NCBI RefSeq assembly: GCF_006345805.1
Contig: NC_043003.1
Coordinates: 21,824,001 to 21,888,000, forward strand
Source: Octopus sinensis
Taxonomy: Eukaryota
Length of the DNA stretch: 64,000 nt
Direction of reading: 5' to 3'
Shown: piece by piece, positions 1 through 11,771 of the stretch
Layout: every line of letters starts with the position of its first letter
How positions within the stretch are numbered: position 1 is the stretch's first letter
Translations under genes and position numbers: made by a program
Notes under the pieces: model-generated
The model's input: the letters and a program-made list of their open reading frames with translations, nothing else
Database searches by the model: none
Told to the model about the DNA's origin: nothing

Positions 1-81
1 ACACTTGCCCAAGGTGCCACGCAGTGGGACTGAACCTGGAACCATGTGGTTCGTAAGCAAGCTACTTACCACACAGCCACT
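1..81 (-). mobile_element. tRNA-derived SINE family B, head (runs off window edge)
   Basis: Reverse complement of the head at 3227 (gagtggctgtgtggtaag...ttcagtcccactgcgtggc). Confidence 0.85.
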
Positions 82-753
82 CTTACACACACATATATGT
101 GTATATATATATATATATATATCATCATCATATGTATATGATGGGGTTTATTACAGCTAGTTTTCTATGACCTGATGCCTTTCCTGTTGCCAGTCCCCAC
201 TTGTTTTTCACAGAAGATTGGAAAAGGATGACAGTAAATGTATGTTACACATAGTATGTGGCAGCTGCTTATTATGATTACGTCATCAAATAATTACCAT
301 CAAAATTAGTCAGTCCAAAACTCTACCATTAAATTGTGAAATATTCCGTTTAATGTTATCAGTTTGTTATGGTTATCTGAAAGTTGCTTTCTCAAAAAAT
401 AAAAAACAAAAAACGATCACAATAAGCAGCTTTCATTGTATACGACTTGCTATTGCATGTCATATGTACAACAAATATGTGATTTTTCAGCTGTTGCTAA
501 AATGGATAGGCAACTATTACTTTCAGTGATGCCAGCTGTTTTTTACCATCTCAAAACATTATTACCAGTTTACATATTTACATTTACCTCTCTGTATCTT
601 TCTTTCTGCCTGCCTGCTTGCCTGCCTGCCTGCCTACCTACCAACCAACATACCTACCTAGATAGTTCCTTCTAAATCTCTATATCTCTCCCTTTCTTCA
701 CTATCTAGGTATTTCTGTGTCTATTTCTCTCCCTATCTCTTTTTACCCCTTTA

Positions 754-790
<37 letters not shown>

Positions 791-792
<2 letters not shown>

Positions 793-1008
793 AGCAGTGA
801 GCTGGCACAAACGTTAGCATGCTGGGTGAAATGCTCAGCTGTAGTATTTTATCTGTCTTTACTTTCAAATTCAAATTCCACTGAAGTCAACTTAGCCTTT
901 CATCCTTTTAGGGTCAATAAATTAAGTACCAGTTGTATACTGGGGTCAATCTAATGAAATGGCCTCCTCCACCAAAATTTCAGGCCTTGTGGTTAGAGTA
1001 GAAAAGAT
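791..1008 (+). mobile_element. SINE family C with Nin-domain-like core, flanked by (ATT)n
   Basis: Core gcctttcatcctttnggggtcnataaattaagtacc. Homologous copies at 13470-13560(-), 22726-22900(+), 24110-24306(-), 36335-36500(+) and 36519-36740(-). Confidence 0.75.
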
Positions 1009-1189
1009 TATTATTATTATCATTAATCGGCAGAAGTTACAGAGTGACTCAAGGGCTGAGAGTTTCATGTATTGACACTTATCAAACTTTGCTGCTTGTT
1101 AATAATAACAAAATATAAATATATATTCATGTTGCAAGTTCTGTTTTTCTGTTTGCATCACCAAACTCATACATACATAACATATAGCT

Positions 1190-1585
1190 GTAGAAGCATG
1201 TGCCGACCTCTAATTGTGGAAGTAACCTGAGGAAGAGGTAGTCCCAGGAAGATATGGGATGAGGTAATGAAATGTGATCTTTAGATGTTGAGACTCGTGC
1301 AGGTTATGACAAGTAACTGGCGAATTGTTGTGCTTAAGACACGTCAAGATAAGTGAAATTGTGGTTGTAGCTAATGCTGGTGATGTGTGACTGGCACCTG
1401 TGCCACTGACACATAAAAGGCATCCAATATACTCTGTGGTTCAGCTGGGGTTAGAAAGGGCATCCAGCCATGGAAACCAAGCTAAAACAGACTGGAGCCT
1501 GGTGCAGCTCTCTGGGTTACCATCTCCAGTCAAATTGTCTAACCCAAACCAGCATGGAAAATAGATGTTAAATGATGGTGATCAT
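1190..1585 (+). mobile_element. Degenerate RTE-clade LINE 3' end
   Basis: Encodes an RGRGxPRKxWDEV..CDL-like C-terminus followed by the ...catggaaa..gatgttaaatgatg tail. Confidence 0.7.
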
Positions 1586-1595
1586 TTTATATATA

Positions 1596-2062
1596 TCATC
1601 ATCATCATCATCATCGTTTAATGTCCACTTTCCATGCTAGCATGGGTTGGACGGTTTGACTGAGGTCTGGCGAACCAGATGGCTGCACCAGACTCCAATC
1701 TGATCTGGCAGAGTTTCTACAGCCCTTCTTAATGCCAACCACTCCGAGAGTGTAGTGGGTGCTTCTACGTGCCACCAGCACGAGGGCCAGTCATGAGGTA
1801 CTGGCAACGGCCACACTCAAATGGTGCTTTTTATGTGCCACCTGCACAGGAGCCAGTCCAGCGGCACTGGCAACGACCTCGTTCGAATGTTTTTTCACGT
1901 GCCACCAGCACAAGTGCTAGTAAGGCAATGCAGGTAACGATCATGCTCGAATGGTGTTTTTAACGTGCCATCAGCACGGAGGCCGGCTTGTTGCTCTGGC
2001 AACAATCATACTCATATGGTACTCTTAATGCTCCACTAGCACGGATGCCAGTCATCGAATTT
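1596..2062 (-). mobile_element. RTE-tailed non-autonomous retroelement (family D) with internal ttttacgtgccaccagcac repeats
   Basis: (GAT)n tail. Near-identical copies at 33520-33988(+), 34470-34767(+) and 47845-48300(-); partial copies at 57150-57425, 58316-58578 and 60143-60400. Confidence 0.8.
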
Positions 2063-2201
2063 GATTTCGATTATTCTTTTACTTGTTTCAGTCATTTGTC
2101 TGTGGCCATGCTGGAACACCACCTTAAAGGGTGTTAGTTGAAGAAATCAATCCCTGGACTTATTCTTTGTAAGCCTAGTACTTACTCTATCGGTGTCTTT
2201 T

Positions 2202-2202
<1 letters not shown>

Positions 2203-2260
<58 letters not shown>

Positions 2261-2261
2261 T

Positions 2262-2293
<32 letters not shown>

Positions 2294-2299
2294 CATACA

Positions 2300-2330
<31 letters not shown>
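2203..2330. repeat. Compound microsatellite (TC)n(TA)n(GA)n(GATA)n(CATA)n
   Basis: Directly visible. Confidence 0.95.
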
Positions 2331-2484
2331 TGTCTTCAAATATTGTTTGTATACAAGAGCGATACCACCAACCCGACCTTGGAGCTTTTATATTTAAGTA
2401 CCTGATTCGTTTGAATCCTGAAAATTTTTTACATAGATACACACACACACACGCATACATATATATGTATGTACCATAGAAGTT

Positions 2485-3210
2485 GGCATGGGAATGTGGT
2501 AAGAAGCCTGCTTCTCAACTATATGGCTCCGGGTTCAATCCCACTGCGTAGCATCTTGAACAAGCATCTTCTACTATAGCCTCGGGCCGATCAAAACCTT
2601 GTGATTGGATTTGGTAGACGGAAACTGAAAGAAGTCCGGCATATATATATATTATATGTATATATTTATGAGTACTGGAGGCGCAATGGCCCAGTGGTTA
2701 GGGCAGCAGACTTGCGGTCGTAGGAGCGCGGTTTCGATTCCCAGACCATGCGTTGTGAGTGTTTATTGAGCGAAAACATCTAAAGATCCACGAGGCTCCG
2801 GCAGGGAATGGTGGCGAACCCTGCTGTACTTTTTCACCACAACTTTCTCTCACTCTTTCTTCCTGTTTCTGTAGCACCTGTATTTCAAGGGGCCAGCCTT
2901 GTCACTCTGTGTCATGCTGAATCTCCCCGAGAACAACGTTAAGGGTATACGTGTCTGTGGAGTGCTCAGCCACTTGCACGTTAATTTCACAAGCAGGCTG
3001 TTCCGTTGATCGGATCAACTGGAACCCACGTCGTCGTAACCGACGGAGTGCCAACATATTTATGAGTGTCTTTGTGTCTGTGTTTGGTGTGTTTACGACC
3101 CCTTACGTAACTTGCAAAGAATAAGTCCTGGGGTTGATTGCTTCGACTAAATACTGTTTAAAGCAGTGCTCCTGCATGGCCGCGGTCAAAATAACTGAAA
3201 CAAGTAAAAA
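2485..3210 (+). mobile_element. SINE family B copy split by a younger SINE
   Basis: Head at 2485-2640; tail resumes at 3068 and ends with actgaaacaagtaaaa. Confidence 0.8.
2674..3055 (+). mobile_element. tRNA-derived SINE family A (tail type 1), with TSD
   Basis: A-box tggcccagtgg and B-box tttcgattccc. 12-bp TSD atatttatgagt at 2662-2673 and 3056-3067. Confidence 0.9.
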
Positions 3211-3226
3211 AATAAAATTATATATA

Positions 3227-4573
3227 GGCGCAGGAGTGGCTGTGTGGTAAGTAGCTTGCTAACCAACCACATGGTTCCGGGTTCAGTCCCACTGCGTGGC
3301 ATCTTGGGCAAGTGTCTTCTGCTATAGCCCCGGGCCGACCAATGCCTTGTGAGTGGATTCGGTAGACGGAAACTGAAAGAAGCCCGTCGTATATATGTAT
3401 ATATATATATATATGTGTGGGCATAGTTTCGGTTGTAGTAGCACAGATTTCCGTCGATTTCCGTAAAAAACTTTTATTTTTTTACATAAGTAATGAGAGC
3501 GAAAGAGACTAAGAGGAAGCGATTTTACGACGAGAAGGTTTCACTTTGAAGTCGGCCTGTGTGTGTTTGATGGGGTGTGGGAGACAGACAGTATGTTGTG
3601 TAAGTGAAGTGCTTCTGTTAGTGTGTGTGAAGAGACAGACATACATATACACATACACCGAGTAAAAAATTACTATGAATCGGCCATACATACATACATA
3701 CACACACACACATACATAGATACATACACACACACACATACATACATACATACATACACACACACATACTTACACACACACACACACACACACATAGATA
3801 CATACACACACACACACACATGCAGACATACATATACACATACACCGAGTAAAAAATTACACTGAATCGACCATACATACATACATACACATACACACAT
3901 ACATAGATACATAACATACACACACACACATACATGCAGACATACATATACACATACACCGAGTAAAAAATTACGATGAATCGGCCATACATACACACAC
4001 ACATACTTACACACACACATACTTACACACACACACATACATAGATACATACACACACACACACATGCATACATACATATACACATACACCGAGTAAAAA
4101 ATCAGTTATCTCTCTCTTTCACACATTACTCTCTCTGTCTCTTCGCACACACTAACAGAAGCACTTCACTTACACAACATACTGTCTGTCTCCCACACCC
4201 CATCAAACACACACAGGCCGATTTCAAAGAGAAACCTTCTCGTCATGAAATCGCTTCCTCTTAGTCTCTTTCGCTCTCATTACTTATGTAAAAAAATAAA
4301 AGTTTTTTACGGAAATCGACGGAAATCTGTGCTACGACATGCGAAACTTCGCCATATGTGTGTGTTTGTGTGTCTGTATTTGTCCCCCTAGCATTGCTTG
4401 ACAACCGATGCTGGTGTGTTTATGTCCCCGTTAATTAGCGGTTCAGCAAAAGAGACCGATAGAATAAGTACTGGGCTTACAAAAAGAATAAAGTCCTGGG
4501 GTCGAGTTGCTCGATTAAAGGTGGTGCTCCAGCATGGCCACAGTCAAATGACTGAAACAAGTAAAAGAGTAAA
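3227..4573 (+). mobile_element. SINE family B, full-length host of a foldback insertion
   Basis: tRNA-like head at 3227-3300, core cttgggcaagtgtcttct, internal (TA)n/(TG)n, tail at 4363-4573. Matches the uninterrupted copy at 44040-44452(-). Confidence 0.88.
3420..4353. mobile_element. Non-autonomous MULE/foldback-like DNA transposon
   Basis: About 215-bp terminal inverted repeats (3420-3638 and 4136-4353) starting GGC. 9-bp TSD atatgtgtg at 3411-3419 and 4354-4362. Internal (CA)-rich tandem units. Confidence 0.85.
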
Positions 4574-5289
4574 AGATAAAAAAAAAAGAATATATATAAA
4601 TATATGCGTGCGTGTTATATGTGTGTTATATACATATTTCTATCTATTATATTTTTCTTTTATATCTTTCAATCTATTATTCTCACGTGTTATTTCGCCA
4701 ACAAGGAATAAACAGTGACAAGGAATAAAGCACCGATTCAAACAATAAATAAATAAATGAATAAATAAATACATAACAATACTCAGCTTGTGTCTAGACA
4801 GAGACAGGGAGAGGGAGAAAGAGTAAGAGAAAGAAAGTAAGAAGAGAGAAAGGGAGAAATAAGGAAATCAAAGTGGAAAATACACAGACAACATAAACAA
4901 ACTGACAAGTTCCTGTAATTCAAATATAAAATGATACATAATTGACAATGATAGTAACGAAGTGGTTTTAACGAAACATGGTCGACAGATGATCGTCTCG
5001 TACTAAAAACCATGGATGTACAAGTTTTGAATTTTCAATCGACCCCTTCGACTTCTGAATATTTTGTAAGTTGCCTTCTTTTTTTCTCTCCTTCCTTTAA
5101 CCTGTTATTCTCTCATTGTGGTACTTCAAAAGTTTTTACGTATTTAAAATTAACTTAGGAAGCATATTGTAAGGAAAAAAGAAGGGAAAAAGTCGGTCAT
5201 TTTCCACTGTATGATATTTATTGCTTATATTATTGTTTTTAATTGATGAAAGTAACAACACCAAAACAACACAATGAATAACTTGTACG

Positions 5290-5710
5290 TGATTGCCCAA
5301 CATGCTAGAGATAGCAGCCATATATCCTTCAGGTCATACTAGTGTCTTAAAAACAGGAAAGTCACATTAGACAATGAAGTTATAATCCGTATACACAAAA
5401 AGAAAAAAAGTTAAGATGGTCATGGCTGGAATGTCTTTGATTACTTGTCTACTCGATCAGGGCTGGTATAGGGCTAAACAGCAATAGTAAATCCAAACCC
5501 CGACTGGCGAGGAGTCTGTGATGACCTGCTAAAATTAAGTCACATCTTTAAAGGATACCGTACCGTTTCAAGAAGGGTGGGCTTACTTTGTATTATACAC
5601 CCCTCGCTATGCGATACCCCTAAACAGGACGGGATGGTCATGGTTAGAATCTATGCCTTGATCTATAGGTCTGTATGATCAGGGTTGATCTGTTGCTAAA
5701 CGACAAATCA
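5290..5710 (+). mobile_element. Two tandem copies of an old SINE-like repeat (family E)
   Basis: Motif ctagaaatagcagcc...gatggtcatggctggaatg.ctttgat...atcagggctg...gggctaaacaac. It recurs degenerately near 6170, 13100(-), 21010(-), 26860, 36780-37140(-), 41510(-), 48380, 55820(-) and 56190. Confidence 0.65.
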
Positions 5711-5906
5711 CAACCATACAAATTACAATAAATTCATAATGTCTGACACATGCAGATACACGTACTTGGGTTTACGTAATCATTATAGAAGAAAGAACTC
5801 AGCGATCTCTTTCGATTCTGGCAGCATTTCGTTTCACTTAGCGTCGTGAATGTCTGGTATTCGTCGTATTAAATATCCCGCAATTTGTGCCTACGAACCC
5901 CAAGGG

Positions 5907-6165
5907 TAGTGGTTCTTAAGCATTTTTTGCCTGTGGACCCCTTTGATTCTTAGTTTACGTTACTGGGCCTCCGTAGCTATTCGATGTTTTAAAAAAGCTC
6001 CATAATATTTTTTATAACTAAATATTATTAGGAATTATATTTTTAAAAATTGTTAAAATATTTTGTGTATTGTAGAAGTTTAACCAATTTGGGGCACATA
6101 AACTTTAACAACAAAATCTTATATGGACTCCCAAAGGTTACATGAACCCCGGTTGAGTACCACTG
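5907..6165. mobile_element. hAT-type MITE
   Basis: Termini tagtggttcttaa and ttgagtaccactg. Shares acaaaatcttatatggac (inverted) with the MITE at 16153. Confidence 0.65.
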
Positions 6166-6823
6166 CCCTCGACTGATAGGAAAATAGCAGTCAAGTCTCT
6201 CTCAATTTACATTAGGAAAGGAATGACACCATAAATGATAAGATACTACATAAATAATGTCTCAATAAAGATGGGATGGCCACGACAATATTGTCTTTAA
6301 GCTGTTGATAATGGGTGAAAAGTAGGGTTAAACAGGTAGGGGTAACATTTATAACGTTGTCATGTTACACCTATGTAATATATTTAAAAAAAAACTTTTA
6401 CAACGTACTTCCTTTTCTCTTTATCCCCTTATTAAAAGTAAACAAGAAAACTTTTGTTTTAGGTTGAATTATGGCTTTGTTATTATATGGATATTTTAAT
6501 AGAGAATTTTATTCAAAATTCATTTAATTGAAGTTAAATGACAACAGGCCGGGAGACAATTAGTTATCTTCCTTTATTCAGTTCCTCTGTCTTATCTCCC
6601 TTCGATGAACACTTTTTTTGTTTGTTTGTTGGTTATTTCTTCAAACGTAGAAGCGGATTGCTGTAGGTCAGAGCGAAGAATTAAAAAAATGGAATTCGTC
6701 GCATAATTCTCATCCGTACTCATTATTTCTCTCTCTCTCTCTCATTACATCATATTATATATATATCGTCAGTCGTTCACATATTCGAAAAAGACGCACA
6801 CTGTAAAACATTAGAGCGGTAAT

Positions 6824-7013
6824 ATATTTGAAAGGTTGTTTATGGCTGGTCAGCGAGTGACCATTGGTCTCGTACCTACAAAGCGCTTAGTGTCACAGAA
6901 GTTACGTTCCTCTGGTTATTTGAGCCTGACGAGTCGCCTATACGGCTAAGCGCTTTGTAGGTGCGCGACCAATGATCACTCTGACCGGTCATAACAAACA
7001 ACCTTCTAAATAT
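6824..7013. repeat. Imperfect inverted repeat (about 67-bp arms, 55-bp spacer)
   Basis: 6824-6890 is the near reverse complement of 6946-7013 (e.g. acctacaaagcgcttag / ctaagcgctttgtaggt). Confidence 0.85.
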
Positions 7014-9299
7014 GAGTGTGTGTGTAGGTTATCATTTGCATTCATGGTTGCATGGCTTGCACGCGTTGTTAGAGTTGAAGTCAGTTCTTCTTCGGAGTTA
7101 CTAAACTAGGTGTGATCATGGCTCGCTCGTATTGCTTTCTTTTGGTATGATTTCTCCGACCAGTTACCCTTCCTTACGCAAACCACTTTACAGAGTGTCT
7201 AGGGTGCATTTTATCGTGGCACCAGCACTAGTGAAGTTGCCTTGTACTCAGCAAGACGAAGAGTTGGTTTCTCACTGCTCTACGTTGTATCCGTCCAGTG
7301 TTTCTTATAAGAGTGAGTTGAAGAGAGAGCGGTTGTAGAAGACGAACTAGCGGGAAAGAGTGACAGGAACGGAAGTATGGCGAGGGAAAACGATGGTTTG
7401 AGTGATGGTAGGAATGAAAGAGACAGTGTTAGTGGAGTAGAGAAGAGAAAGGATCAAGGTAGGCGGTAATAAAAATAAGGGACATTTATGCTGGTCACTC
7501 ATTTACAGGTAAAAAGAAAGCGCGAATGATGGAGAATCTTAGAAATAGCCAGTGGTATGAGAGGTGAAGGGTGCTAATCAGAGGCATGGCCAGGTTCTAA
7601 AGATAGTGGGAGCGAGCACATCTCAATAATACTAAAACTCTAGGGGTATTTGTGTGTACCCGAAATATCTCAGAAATAGTATAATTTATCTTAATTTTTA
7701 TTTTGCATGTTTATTTTTATACTTATTTTCGGCAGTGCAGTACAAATTTTTGTGACATTTGGACCTCCATTTAAATGATTAAACAGAATTTTTGTTTGTT
7801 ATTTCCTGACGAAAAAAGAAAAAACATAGCTTCCGTGACGTCAGCACATACATAATGAATGTCATGTTGTGTCTATTTACAGAAACACACGTCCGTTGTA
7901 ACGTATATACACACGTAGTTTTCGCGCTCCCTAAGAAAAAAAAAAGTCGACTTTTTGACGTACACAATATTTTAATCATTGAGAAATAGTTTTAACTGAA
8001 TGTGATTTCATCATCCGGAGTTTGTTAATTTTCGTAAAATATTTTTATTTATTCACTTTGTTTTAAAGTGAATGATGTATGGACGTGTGTGTGTGAGAGA
8101 GAGGGAGGGAGAAAGAGAGAGAGAGTGTGTGTGAGCGAAGGGGTGTGTTGTCATGTATGCGTGCTCACATCAATACATTTGCGTACATCTTTGTTATGTA
8201 CGTGTGCATGTGTGTGAGAGAGAGAGAGTGAGTGAACGTGTGTTCTCATGTTTGTGTAAGTGGTACTCTCTCTCTCTCCCTCTCTCTTTCTCTCTCACAC
8301 ACACACCCACAAACACACACGTCCATTTCATATACACGTTCATACATCTTTCACTTTCTCCTCTCTTTCACTTTAAAACATAAGTAACAGGTGATTTTTC
8401 AGTATGAAAGTTGTTAAAAAAAAAAAGCTTCTACTCATACAAATTGAATACTACTGTTTGGATAGTTCCAATAAAATAAGTCCAGAATTTAGGTTAAATA
8501 CATTTACATGCATAAGTACCATGAATTCCCATTCTACAAACTGGCAAACAATTCCGTGAGTACTTTACCGGGCAACGCTGCGCAATAAGTCAAATAACAG
8601 AAAAAAAAAAAAAAGGCTCCGTGACACCAAACAATTTTTAATTCATTTCTCTTATATTATGTTATTTCATTAGTTATAAAATACGTAATTGTATTCTACA
8701 TCTATTAATTTCATGTTTCAGTAATGATATCGTTATGTATGAAACTTACAACTACTGAAACAGGTAGCTAAAGTGTTTTTTCAAATTGTTGAAAAAGCGC
8801 CAATTTCGTGGGGAGCGGTTGCTCTCCTTGCTCCCTTATTCTCTACATCACTGGTTCTAATGTGTGACCTGAGTGTGGGGGAGAAAGTGGAAATGGATGG
8901 TAATGCAAGCTGGTGAGGGAGAGCTTAGATGATGTGTACTCGGGATAGAACGAGTGATGAATATCAGTAAGAGTTAGATGGGGTAGATGGAAAGACAGCA
9001 GATCGTACAAGTGAGTAGATGAGGTGGTACATCGGATACCAATATACCGATGCTACTCGTTACTCAGGCATCGTGATGGGATGGAAACATTAGTGGCGGC
9101 TACATGTTTTGCTGGTAAGAGGTGAGGGACAAGTGATGGGTTGTTGTATTAATAATCGGCAGTGAGTAAAGAAGGGATTCGATAGAAGAATTTGAGGGTA
9201 TCAATTGGGTTTCAAAAAAAGGGGGGGGGCAAGAGGGCAGCAAATGGAGAAATAGTCGGAACAAAATGGGAGTAAAATGCCCAGATTTAGTTACAATAC

Positions 9300-9720
9300 G
9301 TATCCCAGCCCCAATATATTGTAACGTGTTTCACCAAGCTTGCACAGGCGGTTGGATCTTCTCCAGCACGACATATCATTAAACAACGGGTTATCTTCTT
9401 TGTGAGCTAGATCATCTTGTGATCAGTCTTCATCACTTCGTACTAAGTCTTCCTGGACCTCTTTCTTCTTCATACTCTATCCACTGTGTGACCTGAGTTC
9501 GGGGGAGAAAGTGGAAATGGATGTATGCTCACATTCCTTATACCGTTGCTATCTTTCTCACGCATCATATGCCCATACCTGCATAGTCTTCTCTCTTGCA
9601 CACTATATCTTATTCTTTTTATGACCTGTTTTATTCTCAGCTTATTTATACTTTCCACGTTCTTGCACATTAACATTACATGTCTAGCAAAGTGTGCTTG
9701 TTTAATTTCTTTCTTGTTTT
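9300..9720 (-). mobile_element. Degenerate RTE LINE 3' fragment
   Basis: Translation VQERRLCRYGHMMR resembles the RTE motif RRLRWxGHVxR; downstream it resembles GRPRKTWxEV. Confidence 0.7.
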
Positions 9721-9846
9721 CGCAAATCTTCATGCAAAGCCTACGAATCACTACCAAATAGCATCGAACTTCGTGCACAAAGCATAAAACAATTTAATGT
9801 TTGTTACTAGTATAAATTATACCTCCCTGAATTTTTACCCTAAAGA

Positions 9847-10162
9847 TAATGATAAACGTCGCCCTTTTCAAGCCTAGCCAGGCTCATGGGCCCAGTTTCC
9901 CGGTTTCTGTGGCGTATGTGTTTCCCCCCAGCTGGACGGGATGCCAGTCCATCGCAGCGTTACTCAAGAAACAGGAAGAGAGAGTGAGAGAAAGTTGTGG
10001 CGAAAGAGTACAACAGGGGTCGCCACCACCCCTGCCGGAGCTTCGTGGAGCTTTTAGGTGTTTTCGCTCAATAAACACACACAACACCCGGTCTGGGAAT
10101 CGAAACCGCGATCCTCCGACTGCGAGTCTGCTGCCCTAACCACTGGGCCATTGCGCCTCCAC
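9847..10162 (-). mobile_element. tRNA-derived SINE family A (tail type 2), with TSD
   Basis: Same head as 2674. 12-bp TSD ttaccctaaaga at 9835-9846 and 10163-10174. Confidence 0.9.
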
Positions 10163-10199
10163 TTACCCTAAAGAAGTTTGGACATATTCTGCGACGTGA

Positions 10200-11275
10200 G
10201 GATCAGAGGTATGATGTGTTCCTGATTGTTTAACAGTGTGCGAGAGAAAATAGTGACGTTGTTGGGGAGAAATGTATGTGCCATTGTGACAGCAAACTTC
10301 TTTAAATAGACCTAACTGAGGTACCAGCCATCGATGTTGATTGTAGCATGGTAGTTAGAACAATCAAAGATATAAAGACAGGGAAAGCAGCTAGTTTATT
10401 TGGGGATAATCGTTGAGATGATTAAAAGAGCCTAGTGATGTGGTATACAGATTTGTAATTCGAATAATCAATCAGGTATTGCAGGAAGGTGTCATACTCA
10501 ATGACAAGCACAGCAACATCGTAATCCCCAACAACAGTAAAGAAAATGTGCCGGTGATATCAAAATGTTGCACCAGGTTATTAAAGTTACCGGAAGAGTT
10601 ATTACAAAATTGGTTAGGCGCAGGATGAAAATTGTCCTTGTGTCAGGAATAGGCTTTACGGATACCATATTCCTAGTAACACAACAGAACGAGAAATAGT
10701 GAGTGTGGAGTAAGCTTCTATACTAAGTATTCGTTGACCTAGAGAAGACCTTTGAATCCCTCGATCTGTGATCTGATAGTCACTAAGGAACCTTAGGAAT
10801 AGCTAGTGAGGGCTGTACAATCTATACAGAGAGGTACACTCAGTAAGGTGAGAGCCAACAATGAGTTCAGCGAATAGTGGTCCTTCGAGGCTACGTCCTC
10901 ACCACTATCCTATTTACTACAATCCTCCAAGCCATAACAAGAGTTTGAGACAGGCTCTCCCTAGGATCTCCTCTCAGCTGATAACCTAGACCTTACAGCT
11001 GAATCTGCAGAAGAGGTGGAATGGAAATGCCAAACATGGGGAGCAGAACTTGGAATTGAAGGGCCTTTAACTTAGCAAAGATTAAAGTTTATAGTAAGTA
11101 GGAACGAGGGCAGGACCTGGCTACCATTAGTGAAACAGCTTACTCGATATGCAGAAAAGGAGTAGGCGTAAATTCCGTGCGATGTGCCCTGCGTAAATAA
11201 CAGGCGTATAAAAGGTATTATGGAACAGCAAGCAAGCTAATTGAAGATAACTTCATATGCGACACGTGCACAAGA
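10200..11275 (+). pseudogene. Decayed RTE-like LINE reverse transcriptase fragment
   Basis: Frameshifted motifs IKxGKA, FVDLEKTF (about 10730) and a YADD-like LLSADNL (about 10970), with many stops. Confidence 0.7.
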
Positions 11276-11276
11276 A

Positions 11277-11730
11277 TTACTTATCCAGTTTCAGAATCTT
11301 CTGAAGCGATGTTCTGGCGATGCCTAGTTGAGCAGAGCGACGCCGGGTAGAGGCTGATGGATCCTCAAGGACACTGCCGTACAGCTTCCACCACTGCGTC
11401 AGTGCGCACACCGCGCTTAGGACCTCTTCCCGGAAGATCGCCGACTGATCCAGTTCTTTCAAACCGGGCGATTAGGTTCCGAATCATGCTATCGCTAGGA
11501 GATACTCTGACAGTAAAATGTTGCCGGTATTTTCTCTGAGTTTGAATAACTGATCTTTGACTGGAATAGAAAAATTCAATGAGTTTTATTCGTTGCTGGA
11601 CCTCATACATAGCCATTTTAATCTCCAAGAGATGTTCTATAACATGCATTTAAAAAAAAATGAAAATAAAAAAGATCGAAAACGAACAAGTTACGACTTC
11701 AAACCCTTCACTTTTTCAGTGGCTGTTCTG
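11277..11730 (-). mobile_element. Tc1/mariner-superfamily element 5' portion (HTH DNA-binding domain, frameshifted, truncated)
   Basis: Translation MYEVQQRIKLIEFFYSSQRSVIQTQRKYRQHF...IRNLIARFERTGSVGDLPGRGPKR...SVLEDPSASTRRRSAQLGI is typical of DUF4817-type transposase N-termini. TIR at about 11698-11730. Confidence 0.85.
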
Positions 11731-11733
11731 TGC

Positions 11734-11771
<38 letters not shown>

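Noticed and set aside
1769-1963. Similar short ORFs at 1769, 33615 and 47955 suggesting a gene family
   Set aside because: They are copies of the same non-coding retroelement (family D).
2676-2750. tRNA-like sequences (also near 3227, 10090, 29620, 45590, 54215)
   Set aside because: They are SINE heads continuous with SINE bodies and TSDs, with no complete acceptor stem, so they are not tRNA genes.
3509-4086. Several 80-137 aa ORFs rich in C/V/Y/M or H/T
   Set aside because: They are translations of (CA)/(CATA) microsatellites inside the foldback element.
3640-4105. Repeat-spacer-like array resembling CRISPR
   Set aside because: The spacers are microsatellite tracts of variable length, the context is eukaryotic, and there are no cas genes.
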